64,000 nt of DNA, from positions 367,549 to 431,548 of the forward strand of contig CBDCEW010000105.1 of assembly GCA_965215885.1 (NCBI GenBank), given 5' to 3'. Of this stretch, positions 44,743 through 54,566 are shown one piece after another. The stretch comes from Candidatus Moanibacter sp. Its GTDB lineage: Bacteria; Verrucomicrobiota; Verrucomicrobiia; Opitutales; UBA2987. How positions within the stretch are numbered: the first letter of the stretch is position 1; every line of letters starts with the position of its first letter. The translations under genes were made by a program, and so were the position numbers. Below the pieces are notes generated by a model. It made no database searches. It saw only the letters and a program-made list of their open reading frames with translations, and was not told the origin of the DNA.

Positions 44743-46140
44743 ATGAAGAAAAGGGAGAGCTTGACACAGCCGGCGGATCTGGAAGAGCCGCCATATCCTG
44801 CCCCGAGATACGCCTGGTATGTCGTGGGAGTCCTGATGACTTTCTATATACTCTCCTTTGTAGACCGTCAGATCATCGGCCTCTTGGTCGAGCCGATGAA
44901 GACCGATCTGGTGCTGTCGGATATCCAAATGAGTCTTCTGGGAGGCCTGAGTTTTGTCATATTCTACACACTGTTCGGTATACCCATGGGGCGTCTGGCA
45001 GATCGGCGGAGTCGTCGCGGGCTTATTGCAGCAGGAGTAGCGATCTGGAGCCTGATGACGTCCCTATGCGGATTCGCGAGCAGATTCTGGCAATTGCTGA
45101 TCTTGCGCATGGGGGTAGGGGTGGGTGAAGCGACGCTTTCGCCTGCGGCATTTTCTTTGATTGCCGACTACTTTCCAAAGGAGAAGCGAGCCACGGCGTT
45201 GAGTGTCTATTCCATGGGCATCTATTTTGGGTCGGGCCTGGCTTTCACGGGAGGTGCGATTCTGCTGAAGTGGGCGGATGGGATCATTGAGGGGCGAGGA
45301 GGAGAGCCGCTTCCTGTTGTGGGTATGATTCAGCCCTGGCAGATCGTGCTGCTTGCGGTGGGTCTGCCGGGTTTGTTTCTGACTGCGCTCCTCTTGACGG
45401 TGAGGGAACCGGTTCGGCGCGGAACTATCCTGCGGGATAAAGAAAGACCTGAAGGAAAGATCTCAAGCATACCCGTAGGTGAAGTATTGAAATACCTGAA
45501 AATGAACTGGAGGACCGTGGCATGCCATAACTTAGGGGTGGCCTGCCTATCGTTAGCAGCTTATTCAGGTGGATTCTGGGACGCGGCGTTTCTGGAGAGA
45601 ATTCACGATTGGAAGCCGCAGGAGAGTGGAATCTGGTATGGGCTCGTTACAATGGCGGCCGGCGCGTCGGGTGTCTTGTGCGGTGGGCGGTTGGCGGACT
45701 TTCTTACGGCGAGGGCGATAAAAAGCGCTAACATGCTGGCGATTCTTATTGCCGCGGTAATCTGGCTCCCTTTTGGAATCGGATATCCGCTCATGCCGAA
45801 CGTCGGATTGACTTTGTGCATGCTTTTCCCAACTCTTTTTACCGCCGCGATGCCCTTCGGTTGCGCCGCCGCCGCGATCCAGGAGATGATGCCACCTCAA
45901 ATGCGGGGCCAGGGTTCGGCGCTGTATCTCTTTGCGATCAATATCATCGGATTGGGAATCGGACCCCTGGCGGTGGCATTCATGACGGAGCGTGTCTTTC
46001 AGGATTTGGAAAAGGTCAATTACTCCCTGGTGATTGTCGGTGGATTTGGTCATATCCTTGCGGCAATTTTTCTTTGGATGTCCTTGAGACCGTACAAGGA
46101 GAGTATTGCACAGGCGAGGACGTGGCGACCGGAAACCTGA
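44743..46140 (+). CDS. MFS transporter (spinster-like)
   Basis: SFVDRQI, GRLADRRSRR motif A, RMGVGVGEA..SPAA.SLIADYFP. Confidence 0.92.
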   Translation: MKKRESLTQPADLEEPPYPAPRYAWYVVGVLMTFYILSFVDRQIIGLLVEPMKTDLVLSDIQMSLLGGLSFVIFYTLFGIPMGRLADRRSRRGLIAAGVAIWSLMTSLCGFASRFWQLLILRMGVGVGEATLSPAAFSLIADYFPKEKRATALSVYSMGIYFGSGLAFTGGAILLKWADGIIEGRGGEPLPVVGMIQPWQIVLLAVGLPGLFLTALLLTVREPVRRGTILRDKERPEGKISSIPVGEVLKYLKMNWRTVACHNLGVACLSLAAYSGGFWDAAFLERIHDWKPQESGIWYGLVTMAAGASGVLCGGRLADFLTARAIKSANMLAILIAAVIWLPFGIGYPLMPNVGLTLCMLFPTLFTAAMPFGCAAAAIQEMMPPQMRGQGSALYLFAINIIGLGIGPLAVAFMTERVFQDLEKVNYSLVIVGGFGHILAAIFLWMSLRPYKESIAQARTWRPET

Positions 46141-46270
46141 GCCCGCTTTTTGTGGCCTTCCAGCAGCACAGCAACGGGAAGTGCATCTTGCCGCAATAAT
46201 CTCATCGGAAAGCTAAATCCGACAGATTTCCAGGTCGAAGATTGACACAGGAGCCATCACTGGGAGATTC

Positions 46271-47248
46271 ATGAGCCCGATGCATAAGCTCTGGTTTGAT
46301 TTTCCCCTTATGGAAAAAACAATGGCGATGATCGCCCGTGAGTTTGAGCCCATTGGTCCCATACAGGTCCCTGACCCGAACGATTCTTTGACGTGTGTCG
46401 AGGAGGCCGACTTCGCTCTTGTCGGCTCATTCTTTCCGGGGCGCGAGCAGAAGACCTATGATCGTGCCAAACTGCTCAAGGCTGTAATCCGTAGCGGAAT
46501 CGGCTACGATAATGTCGACATCGATCTTGCCGCAAAAAATGGTGTGTGTGCCCTGAACACGCCCGATGCCCCGACGGAAGCGACGGCGGAATTGACGATC
46601 ACGCTTTTGCTGGGACTGGCCCGTCCTATTCTTAGAGGGAACAGGAAACTTCTATCGGGTGAGTGGCCACGTCCGAAAAGAGGATTCGAACTGGCAGGCA
46701 AAACTCTCGGATTGGTCGGTTTGGGACGCATCGGGACGCGCGTAGCGGAACTTGCCAATGCCTTTCGAATGCGTGTGATTTTCTACGATCCGTTTGTGGA
46801 TTCCTGCCGTGCCGAGGCGCTCGATGTAGAACGAGTCGAGCGTTTAGAGCAGCTCTACATGGAATCGGATTTTGTATCACTGCATTTACCTCTGTCGCCC
46901 GAGACTCGTGGATTGATTAATCGGGAGACTTTTGCGCAGATGAAGGATGGCGCTTACCTGGTGAACGTCTCTCGCGGCCCCATTGTTAATGAGACCGACC
47001 TCTATCAAGCCCTGAAAGACGGGCAGATCGCGGGCGCCGGTCTCGATGTCTGGGACCCGGAACCACCGGCGCCTGATAATCCGCTCTTTGCATTGGAAAA
47101 TGTCTTCGCGACTCCCCATATGGGAGGGCAGAGTATAGAGATGCATTTGCGAGCCATAACGACGGCGATCGATGACATCAGGCAAATTCTGCGCGGCGAA
47201 CGGCCCGCCAACCTCCTCAACCCTGAAGTATGGGATCACCGAAGATAG
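46271..47248 (+). CDS. D-isomer-specific 2-hydroxyacid dehydrogenase (SerA-like, no ACT domain)
   Basis: GIGYDNVD, GKTLGLVGLGRIG, NVSRG, GAGLDVWDPEP, TPHMGG. Confidence 0.9.
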   Translation: MSPMHKLWFDFPLMEKTMAMIAREFEPIGPIQVPDPNDSLTCVEEADFALVGSFFPGREQKTYDRAKLLKAVIRSGIGYDNVDIDLAAKNGVCALNTPDAPTEATAELTITLLLGLARPILRGNRKLLSGEWPRPKRGFELAGKTLGLVGLGRIGTRVAELANAFRMRVIFYDPFVDSCRAEALDVERVERLEQLYMESDFVSLHLPLSPETRGLINRETFAQMKDGAYLVNVSRGPIVNETDLYQALKDGQIAGAGLDVWDPEPPAPDNPLFALENVFATPHMGGQSIEMHLRAITTAIDDIRQILRGERPANLLNPEVWDHRR

Positions 47249-47630
47249 GGAATAACCTTTTTCGCAAACAGTTCCATATTTTGCGCAGTCAACTCCCGAT
47301 CCAGGGTGCCGAACTGCAAGAGACATGGAAGCAGACTGAAACCGAGATCTTTCTCATAGGTACTCAATTTATCTCTTCCTGCGGCCATATTGACTGTAAA
47401 GGAGTTTTATTGAATAGCTCCCTTACGAGGGCCTGATCGAACAGCCTTTTACGAGATTCTTGTACGATTATGGGGTTGGGAATTGGTCGGAAACAAAGTC
47501 CGACGGGCGCTTAACGGTAAATGGATTAAGTCGGTATGATTTTCGGCCGTATAATCCTGCTGATTGAGTGGCTCTACAGCAGAACAGTGACACAGTCGCC
47601 CGATGCGCGAAAGTCTAAGGACTAAGGTGT

Positions 47631-48473
47631 ATGCAACAGGAAAATGTCAGTGAAATTAAGATACCACCGCTGCCGACAGTGTCTTTTCAGGTGATCAGGT
47701 ATAACCTTGAACATCCTGAATCCGGCGTTGCCGATATGGAGCGCATCGTATCGCCCGATAAGGGTATCTGTACCGATTTACTGCGAGTGTCCAACTCTGC
47801 TTTTTACGGGCATCGCGGCCAGATGGCCAGCCTCAGCGATGCCATAAGTCTACTCGGGTTGAAGACTGTAAAGAATCTGATCATTCTTCTATTCAGCAAG
47901 AATCTGAGTGGAGGGATAAAAAGCGGCTATCTGAAACGATATGTTAATGAATATCCGGTAATCTCGGCACTTACGGCTATGGAACTCTCTGATCCGCTGG
48001 GTCTTCCCGAGGAAAAGGACAATGGCTTTGTCTCCGGATTGCTTCACAAAATTGGAATGACATTCATAGCCCTGGAGGATGGTGAGGCTTATGAATCTCT
48101 CATCAGGAAAGCGGAAGAGCGTCATGAGAAAATTCAATATGTTGAACGGGAATACTTCGGTCTCGACCATGTCAGCCTAACCGAAGAAGCTTTTAAGCAT
48201 TGGAACCTGCCACCAGAACTCCAGGACGTTGCTCATGATGTGGAATTTCCCATTGGTGAAATTGGATCAGTCTCCAATCTGGTGCGCCTTACCTCTCTTG
48301 CCAGCTTGGTAACGAAGCGCTTTCTGAATCTGGGCTTTTCTGAAGCGGATGAGTGCAAGTTGTCTGGGATCTTTTCCTTTTTTAATGCGAGCGAGGTGCA
48401 GGATCGCGTCAATCTGGAATTCTTCGAAGCGATTAAAGAACATCCCTTTTATACTCAAGCAACGTCCTCCTAG
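47631..48473 (+). CDS. HDOD domain protein
   Basis: IPPLP, D......LLRVSNSAFYG, SL.DAI.LLG..TV, GLLHKIG, E...FGLDH....F..WNLP. Confidence 0.88.
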   Translation: MQQENVSEIKIPPLPTVSFQVIRYNLEHPESGVADMERIVSPDKGICTDLLRVSNSAFYGHRGQMASLSDAISLLGLKTVKNLIILLFSKNLSGGIKSGYLKRYVNEYPVISALTAMELSDPLGLPEEKDNGFVSGLLHKIGMTFIALEDGEAYESLIRKAEERHEKIQYVEREYFGLDHVSLTEEAFKHWNLPPELQDVAHDVEFPIGEIGSVSNLVRLTSLASLVTKRFLNLGFSEADECKLSGIFSFFNASEVQDRVNLEFFEAIKEHPFYTQATSS

Positions 48474-48642
48474 CAGCCTTATAGTTGGAATTAATACCTC
48501 TAATCGGAAGAGTTACTCAGTATCATTCCAACTATAAGGCTGCTAGGAATCTGTCGGTCTCATCTTCTTTGGGATCTATATCTTTCACCAGAAAATCCGT
48601 ACTTCAGGGATGTTTAGAAATCTAAGTCCGACAGATTCCTAG
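48470..48642. repeat. Two stacked CTAG-bounded elements
   Basis: ctagcagccttatagttggaat...attccaactataaggctgctag (48470-48546), then ctaggaatctgtcgg...ccgacagattcctag (48543-48642); the first CTAG contains the HDOD stop; the right half resembles 1876-1926. Confidence 0.8.
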
Positions 48643-48662
48643 GAGTTTCCGACCTATAAGAC

Positions 48663-49763
48663 ATGGAAAAAAGCAGGGTATTCCTCCTCGAAGACGAAGG
48701 GGAGAACAGAGATAAGGTCGAGCATTTCCTCGGAATGTGTGGTTTTGAAGTGTTCTGTTTTGACGACGGGATCGATATCGAAAAGCGAATTCAGGACAGC
48801 TCTCCTCATCTCATTCTCCTTGATCTGTTTCTAAGTAAGGCTCCCGGTTTGGCCTTACTTAAGAAAATAAGAGAGCTGCCGCAGACGCGCGATCTACCGA
48901 TTCTCATGCTGTCGAGCGATAATTCTGAGGAAACCTGCATATTGACACTCTCCAGCGGCGCTGACGAATTCCTCCCACGTCCCATTCGCATGGCCGAACT
49001 CTCCCTGAGAGTCCAAAACGCTTTGGATTTGGCACGGTATCGAGAGGAGTTGGTAAATTTGAACGCGAAGCTGGAGAAGGAGAAAAATCGCCTTCGAAAG
49101 TATTTCTCTGAGGATCTCGTGGAAAAGATTCTCAGTGAGGAGATCTCCACTGAATTGGGCGGTATCAATGTGAGGGCATCGATCTTGTTTCTGGATATCA
49201 GGAATTCTACTCACCTCTCCGAAACTCTCGGAGCGCAGCGTTTCGCCAGCTTGATCAGCATGCTTTTCAGCGACTTGATGGAGGAGATTTTCAAGAACGA
49301 GGGATCCGTCAATAAGCTCCTCGGTGATGGAATCCTGGCCACTTTCGGTTGTCCGCAGCCGACCGAAAATGATACTTTTAATGCCGTAAGGACTGCCCTG
49401 GATATGGCTGCATATATCGATTCTTTCAATCAGGTTAGACCGGATTACTTGAAAGAACCAATCGGCATCGGCATCGGTATCGCGACTGGAAAGGTGTTTG
49501 CAGGCAATATCGGGTCAGTCCGGCGCATCGAATATGCCGTCATGGGTGATCCGGTGAATATCGCGAGCCGCTTGGAGGCGCTGACTAAGAGTCTTGGCGG
49601 CAACATTATCATTGATTCCTCCACTCGCAACGCATTGATGGACAGGATCGCTGCAAGTGAACCCGTGATTCAGCATATCGCGGGAATCGAGGATGAGGTG
49701 AAAGTCTATATTGTTGATGATCTTTATGCCGAATCGTTGGAACCGGAGATGGTGGGCGTCTAA
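48663..49763 (+). CDS. Receiver-domain class III adenylate/guanylate cyclase
   Basis: N-terminal REC, coiled coil, FLDIRNST, NKLLGDGILA.FG, GNIGS..R.EY..MGDPVN.ASRLE. Confidence 0.92.
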   Translation: MEKSRVFLLEDEGENRDKVEHFLGMCGFEVFCFDDGIDIEKRIQDSSPHLILLDLFLSKAPGLALLKKIRELPQTRDLPILMLSSDNSEETCILTLSSGADEFLPRPIRMAELSLRVQNALDLARYREELVNLNAKLEKEKNRLRKYFSEDLVEKILSEEISTELGGINVRASILFLDIRNSTHLSETLGAQRFASLISMLFSDLMEEIFKNEGSVNKLLGDGILATFGCPQPTENDTFNAVRTALDMAAYIDSFNQVRPDYLKEPIGIGIGIATGKVFAGNIGSVRRIEYAVMGDPVNIASRLEALTKSLGGNIIIDSSTRNALMDRIAASEPVIQHIAGIEDEVKVYIVDDLYAESLEPEMVGV

Positions 49764-49779
49764 AGGGCACTCCCCGGCA

Positions 49780-50057
49780 CGCCGGGACTACACCCTCCGA
49801 TCGGGAAACGTAGTAGAGGACGAAAAGCTCCCGCTTTCCGCTACACACTTCGATCGGAAAACGTAGCGGAAAGCGGGAGCTTTTCGTCTTCGCGAATCTC
49901 CGAGGACAAGAACTATGTCTACCCACCCCAAACCCCTCCCAGGAGGGGATCCGGTCACTGGGGAGCTCAATGATTAAGTTCCCCTACCGGGAGGGGATCT
50001 TTTCGCTTCGGGGCTCGTTTATTAGGTTCCCCTCCTGGGAGGGGACAGGGGTGGGTT
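49780..50057. repeat. REP cluster: GTAG doublet plus CCCCTCCCAGGAGGGG family
   Basis: Hairpin at 49819-49888; acccaccccaaacccctcccaggagggga (49921) is inverted by tcccctcctgggaggggacaggggtgggt (to ~50056); internal variant at 49980-49997. Confidence 0.75.
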
Positions 50058-50137
50058 TCTTCAAAGTCAGGTTCCATCCGAATTCAACGTTAGCACATCG
50101 CCCGGATAACCGCTTTGTCGTAGGGCCGAGTTTTTGC

Positions 50138-51871
50138 TCATGTTCGAAGGAATTCCCCGGCTTTGAGACGTCGATTGTAATCCTTCAGGGCGTTAACGGC
50201 CAAGTGCCCCAAAGCCAAAACGATGGGTAGGTTTGCCCAAAGCATGGCTCCGGTACTCAAATCGATGATCGAAATAATCTGCCCGGTTCCGTCCACTCCC
50301 GCGGCGCCGTATGTTATTCCGACGAGGAATGCGATCTTGTAAAAAAGGATACCCTTATCTCCGAATAAGTAGACTATGCCCTGCTCTCCGTAGTAGGCCC
50401 AGGTGATCATTGTTGAAAGTGCGAAGAGCCAGGCAGCCAATGTGACAAGCCATTTTCCCAGGCCGGGATATTCTCTATCAAAGGCGTGTGCCGTGAGATT
50501 AGCCCCTCCGTATTCGCGGTGCACTCCTTTATTAATCAGCTCTATATGAATCGGATTGCGCGTCCATCCGCTGCTTTTTAAGACAATGGGTTTCCATTCA
50601 ATACGAAGCGGTCTGGCCGCCTCGTCGCTGCGGTTGTCGGAAACTTCGACTACTTCGCCCACAACCCGAATGACGCTCCTTCCGCTCTGCTTTTGGGTAG
50701 CGTCAGCGACCTGGGCGAGGAGGAAGAACTCTGTTCCCCGGTTCCATTGATCGAAACGGGATTCAGGCAAGTCGGAGATTTCGTTCGAAGCTTGCACGTT
50801 CCAGGTTGCTGACTCTGAGGAGGGGTCTTTTTCGAGTCTAATTTTCGAACGAAAGTCGCCGATTGCGGAACGATTCCAAGTGCCGGTCGACAATATGACC
50901 ATCGCGGTAAGCGTGCAGATGCAGAGAGTATCGATAAAAGGGCCGATTCCACCCACGATGCCTTCCCGTGCAGGCTCATTTGTTTTTGCCGCGGCATGCG
51001 CGATTGGGGCTGAACCCTGACCTGCCTCGTTGGAATAGAGGGCGCGTTTCATGCCCTGCATGAAAGCAAACCCCATACTTCCTCCTAAGAACGCACCCGT
51101 CGCTTCGATTGGTTGAAAGGCACTTGAAACGACGAGGACAATGAGACCAGGGATCTCCTTCACGTGGATGGCGAGGATGGCGAGCGAAGCGAGAATATAT
51201 AGGGCGCACATAAAAGGCACGAGCTTTGCCGCCACATGTCCGATTCTCTTAATACCTCCGATTATTACAAGCCCGACAAGAAGGGCCATGATGATGCCCG
51301 AACCGATCCTGGGCATACCGAAGTAGCCTTCAGTCAGGTTTGCGACGTTCCATGATTGAAACATGCAGGCTCCGGTGAGAGCGGAGTTTATGAGCGTTAC
51401 ACAAAACAAGACGGCGAGGATTTTCCCTAACAATTTCCAGTGTCCACCCTTGCTCCCCAGAACTTTGTCCACTACCCACATAGCGCCTCCGTGAGGATTG
51501 TCGGGATCGTCCGTGTTTCGATACATCATCGCCAGAGTGATTTCGATGGTCTTCAACGCCATGCCGGAGAATCCCACAACCCACATCCAGAAAAGAGCGC
51601 CAGGCCCACCGATTCCGATAGCGAGAGCCACACCTCCGATATTGCCTAGTCCAACAGTTCCCGAGAGAGCCGCGGAGAGGGCTTGGAAATGGTTGATCGC
51701 CCCGGGATCATCAGGCCGGTCATAGATCCCCCTTATCACCGCCACGCCGTGAGTCATTGCGGCGTACTGCGTGAACCGTGTCCATATCGTGAACAGTACC
51801 CCTCCCGCGAAAAGAAACCAGGGAGTCCACGGTCCCCAGAGAATGTTAACGATCGATTCGAGAATTTCCAT
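50138..51871 (-). CDS. Alanine/glycine:cation symporter (AGCS) family protein
   Basis: FQAL.AALSGTVGLGNIGGVA, GGPGALFWMW, RALYSNEAGQGSAPIAHAAA, PFIDTL.ICT. Confidence 0.93.
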   Translation of the reverse strand: MEILESIVNILWGPWTPWFLFAGGVLFTIWTRFTQYAAMTHGVAVIRGIYDRPDDPGAINHFQALSAALSGTVGLGNIGGVALAIGIGGPGALFWMWVVGFSGMALKTIEITLAMMYRNTDDPDNPHGGAMWVVDKVLGSKGGHWKLLGKILAVLFCVTLINSALTGACMFQSWNVANLTEGYFGMPRIGSGIIMALLVGLVIIGGIKRIGHVAAKLVPFMCALYILASLAILAIHVKEIPGLIVLVVSSAFQPIEATGAFLGGSMGFAFMQGMKRALYSNEAGQGSAPIAHAAAKTNEPAREGIVGGIGPFIDTLCICTLTAMVILSTGTWNRSAIGDFRSKIRLEKDPSSESATWNVQASNEISDLPESRFDQWNRGTEFFLLAQVADATQKQSGRSVIRVVGEVVEVSDNRSDEAARPLRIEWKPIVLKSSGWTRNPIHIELINKGVHREYGGANLTAHAFDREYPGLGKWLVTLAAWLFALSTMITWAYYGEQGIVYLFGDKGILFYKIAFLVGITYGAAGVDGTGQIISIIDLSTGAMLWANLPIVLALGHLAVNALKDYNRRLKAGEFLRT

Positions 51872-51890
51872 TAATCACAAGCCGTCCCGT

Positions 51891-52152
51891 TAGCCCGCTT
51901 TTGCTTGCCCGCTCTGCCGTAGTATCTGTTTAGCGTGCCTTCGATTGCTGGCTGCCCCGGTCTTGTGCCGGGGTGGCGCGCGTTCCCTGCTATAAACCGT
52001 GTGCGCCTACCAACCCCTCCGGCAGGGGCGAAAAAGGACCGGTGGACCGGTGGGCATATTGTAGCCTGCGCCACCCCGGCACAAGACCGGGGCGCTCAGA
52101 CAGCTCGACAGGTAGGTGCCGTAGGGAAGAGCGGGCAAGCAAAAGCGGGCTA
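51891..52152. mobile_element. Non-autonomous MITE (51923-52114) related to the 22.9-kb transposon, nested inside a 25-bp hairpin
   Basis: tatctgtttagcgtgccttcgattgctggctgccccggtcttgtgcc matches the TIR; outer IR tagcccgcttttgcttgcccgctct; tgccgtag occurs on both sides. Confidence 0.8.
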
Positions 52153-52219
52153 GTGGAGCAATCGGCAAAGTTAAAGTTTTGAGGGCGGAGTCCGATATCT
52201 CATCGGGAGTAGATCTGTC

Positions 52220-53083
52220 ATGGAATTTCAATTAAGTGGCCTCGCTTCCGGTTTCGATTGGCTTACGATGGTTGATCGGATAACGGAGATCAACCGCATT
52301 CCTCAGAACCGTCTCGTCGCGGAACAGTCAATCTTGTCGAGTCAGCTTTCCTCCCTCGATAACCTCAAGAGTAAACTGGAGGATTTGGAAGACGCTTCCG
52401 AAGTTTTGAACAGCGGGTCTGTCTTTTTCGGTCGCTCGGCAAGCGTATCCGATTCCGATGCGGGAATCTTGACTGCTTCGGTAAAGGCGGAGACACAGAT
52501 CGGTACATATTCGTTTGTGATCAGCCAGTTGGCCTCTCAGACGCGTCGAAACGGTTCCAGTGACGTGGCCGCACCGATTAGTAGCACCAGTGACGTCAGC
52601 GGTGTGACGCTCTCTGCAATGAATATCGCCACTCCTGTCACGGCCGGAAAATTCAGCGTCAACGGCGCTCAGGTGACTGTCGCCACGAGCGATTCTCTGC
52701 AGGATGTATTCGATGCAATTTCCACCGCTACGAGTGGCGTGGTAACCGCTTCCTACGATCCCGCTCAGGATCGAGTAGTTTTGAGCAGCGCATCGGAGAT
52801 CATTCTGGGAAGCCCCAACGACACTTCCAATTTTCTGAGCGCGATGCAGCTCTTCAGCAATGGAGCCGGCAGTGTGAGTAGCCTCTCCAGTTTGGGCACT
52901 GTCAATATTAACACCTCACTGTCAAACGCCGGTTTGAGCGCTTCAATAACGAATGTCGACGGAAGCGGAAACGGCACGTTTACCATAAACGGAGAAAGCA
53001 TCGCTTTCAATATAAACAACGACAGCGTTCGTGATATTATCGAGCGAGTGGCCGCTTCCGACGCGGCTGTTACTTTGAACTAT
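52220..53083 (+). pseudogene. fliD: Flagellar filament cap protein, 5' part truncated by ISL3
   Basis: QLSGLASGFDW..MVD, G.YSFVISQLA; frame runs into the IS end at 53084. Confidence 0.82.
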
Positions 53084-54566
53084 GCCTCGTCAGCAGAATC
53101 TGTGGGTTATTTCGGGTTCAGGCAAGTCGCCCATGGTATGAAATAGGGCGATCTTAAGCACTTCGAAGCTCTTAAAGCCGTATGCTTTTCTGATAGTGAG
53201 ATTTATATTGCGGTTAAAGCCCTCCACAATGCCGCAGGAAAAGGCCTTTTTGGCCCGAAACCAGTTGAGGATGAGCGGCTCGTGTTTGCGCACCGAGCGC
53301 ACGAACCTTTTGATCGGTTTGAGGCGCGAACGCATGGCGCGCGTGCACCATTTTTTCAGATACCATTGGGCCCAGTAGGGACTTTTATAATGCCACAAGA
53401 GCTGAAAGCTCTCCTTTAGTAGATAGGCCCGCACGCTCTTCAGATCGTATTGGAGCACCTCCTTGAGGCGGATCTGTTGGGTGGGGGTGAGATTTTGCGG
53501 ATTTTTCAAGAAACAGTATTTGCTTTTGACCAGCACGTTGATGTAGCCGTCCCGTTGCAATCGCCTGGCTTCCGCAGCACGAATCTCATTGAGGGCCTTG
53601 TTCAGGTTGGCTACCAAGTGGAAGCGATCGAGGATGTGCAGCGCCTGGGGTGCCTTTTTCTTGATCACTTTGAGGTAAGGCTTCCACAGATCCGAGCAGA
53701 CGTAGAGGATCTGGCTGCTCTTTTGCGCTCCCAATTCCCAGAAAAAACGCAAGAGCGATTTTACGTTGCGCTTATTGAATACGCCCAATAGCCGCCGCCG
53801 CCCCTCGTCAAGCTGGTAGACCACGGTGAGATAGTGATGGCCTCGATGATACTGCACCTCATCGACTCCGATCGCCTCAATCCCGCTCATATCGCGCCGT
53901 TTGAGCCCCCAACGCACCATCGCCTCGACCGACTCGAAGACGTTGCGCCAGTTCGTGCGAAAAACCCTTGCCGTCTCTTCCCAGCTCAAGCGCCTCGCCC
54001 ACTGGGCCAGAAACCATTGCATTGGCCAACTCAGATGACTCTTGCCCTTGGCCCAGGGCACCTCTTCGACCTTCACCCCGCACCGCCGGCAATTGACCCG
54101 CCGCATGCGGTAACGAAAATACACCTTCATCCCCCACAAGGGCACAAATTCAAAATGCCTCGCCTCGCTCATGTGGTCGTAGCCGCTGGCCGTCCGGCCA
54201 CACCCCGAACAGCACACCCGACTATTCTTGCGCGGCTCAATCTGCACCACAATCGCCTCCTCCGATTTCACCATTTCCATACTCGCCTTTGCGTAAACAA
54301 AGCTCTTGAGCCAATAGCACCGATTCAGTAGCGTTTTGATGAGCACTGGGTCCTCCGTGTTCAGGATGTATTTTCGGTACTACTTTCATCCTCGGAACGG
54401 CCCGGTGCTTCAACCTTTCAATCCCATATGCAAAGAAAACACCGACCAGCCCCTCCGGCTGTGGAGGAGCGGGATTCAGGGCAGCGCCCTGACTTCTCCT
54501 TGTGCTCACCGACTCTATTTCCTCTTGTAAGCGACGTTACCCACCCACAGATTCTGCTGTAGACCC
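53084..54566 (-). mobile_element. ISL3-family insertion sequence
   Basis: IRs gcctcgtcagcagaatctgtgggt / acccacagattctgctgtagaccc; no matching target duplication. Confidence 0.9.
53090..54346 (-). CDS. ISL3-family transposase (apparently intact)
   Basis: C..CG zinc finger, RRVNC..CG, IGVDE, CSDLW.PY, DRFHLV, VEGFN. Confidence 0.93.
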   Translation of the reverse strand: MLIKTLLNRCYWLKSFVYAKASMEMVKSEEAIVVQIEPRKNSRVCCSGCGRTASGYDHMSEARHFEFVPLWGMKVYFRYRMRRVNCRRCGVKVEEVPWAKGKSHLSWPMQWFLAQWARRLSWEETARVFRTNWRNVFESVEAMVRWGLKRRDMSGIEAIGVDEVQYHRGHHYLTVVYQLDEGRRRLLGVFNKRNVKSLLRFFWELGAQKSSQILYVCSDLWKPYLKVIKKKAPQALHILDRFHLVANLNKALNEIRAAEARRLQRDGYINVLVKSKYCFLKNPQNLTPTQQIRLKEVLQYDLKSVRAYLLKESFQLLWHYKSPYWAQWYLKKWCTRAMRSRLKPIKRFVRSVRKHEPLILNWFRAKKAFSCGIVEGFNRNINLTIRKAYGFKSFEVLKIALFHTMGDLPEPEITHRFC

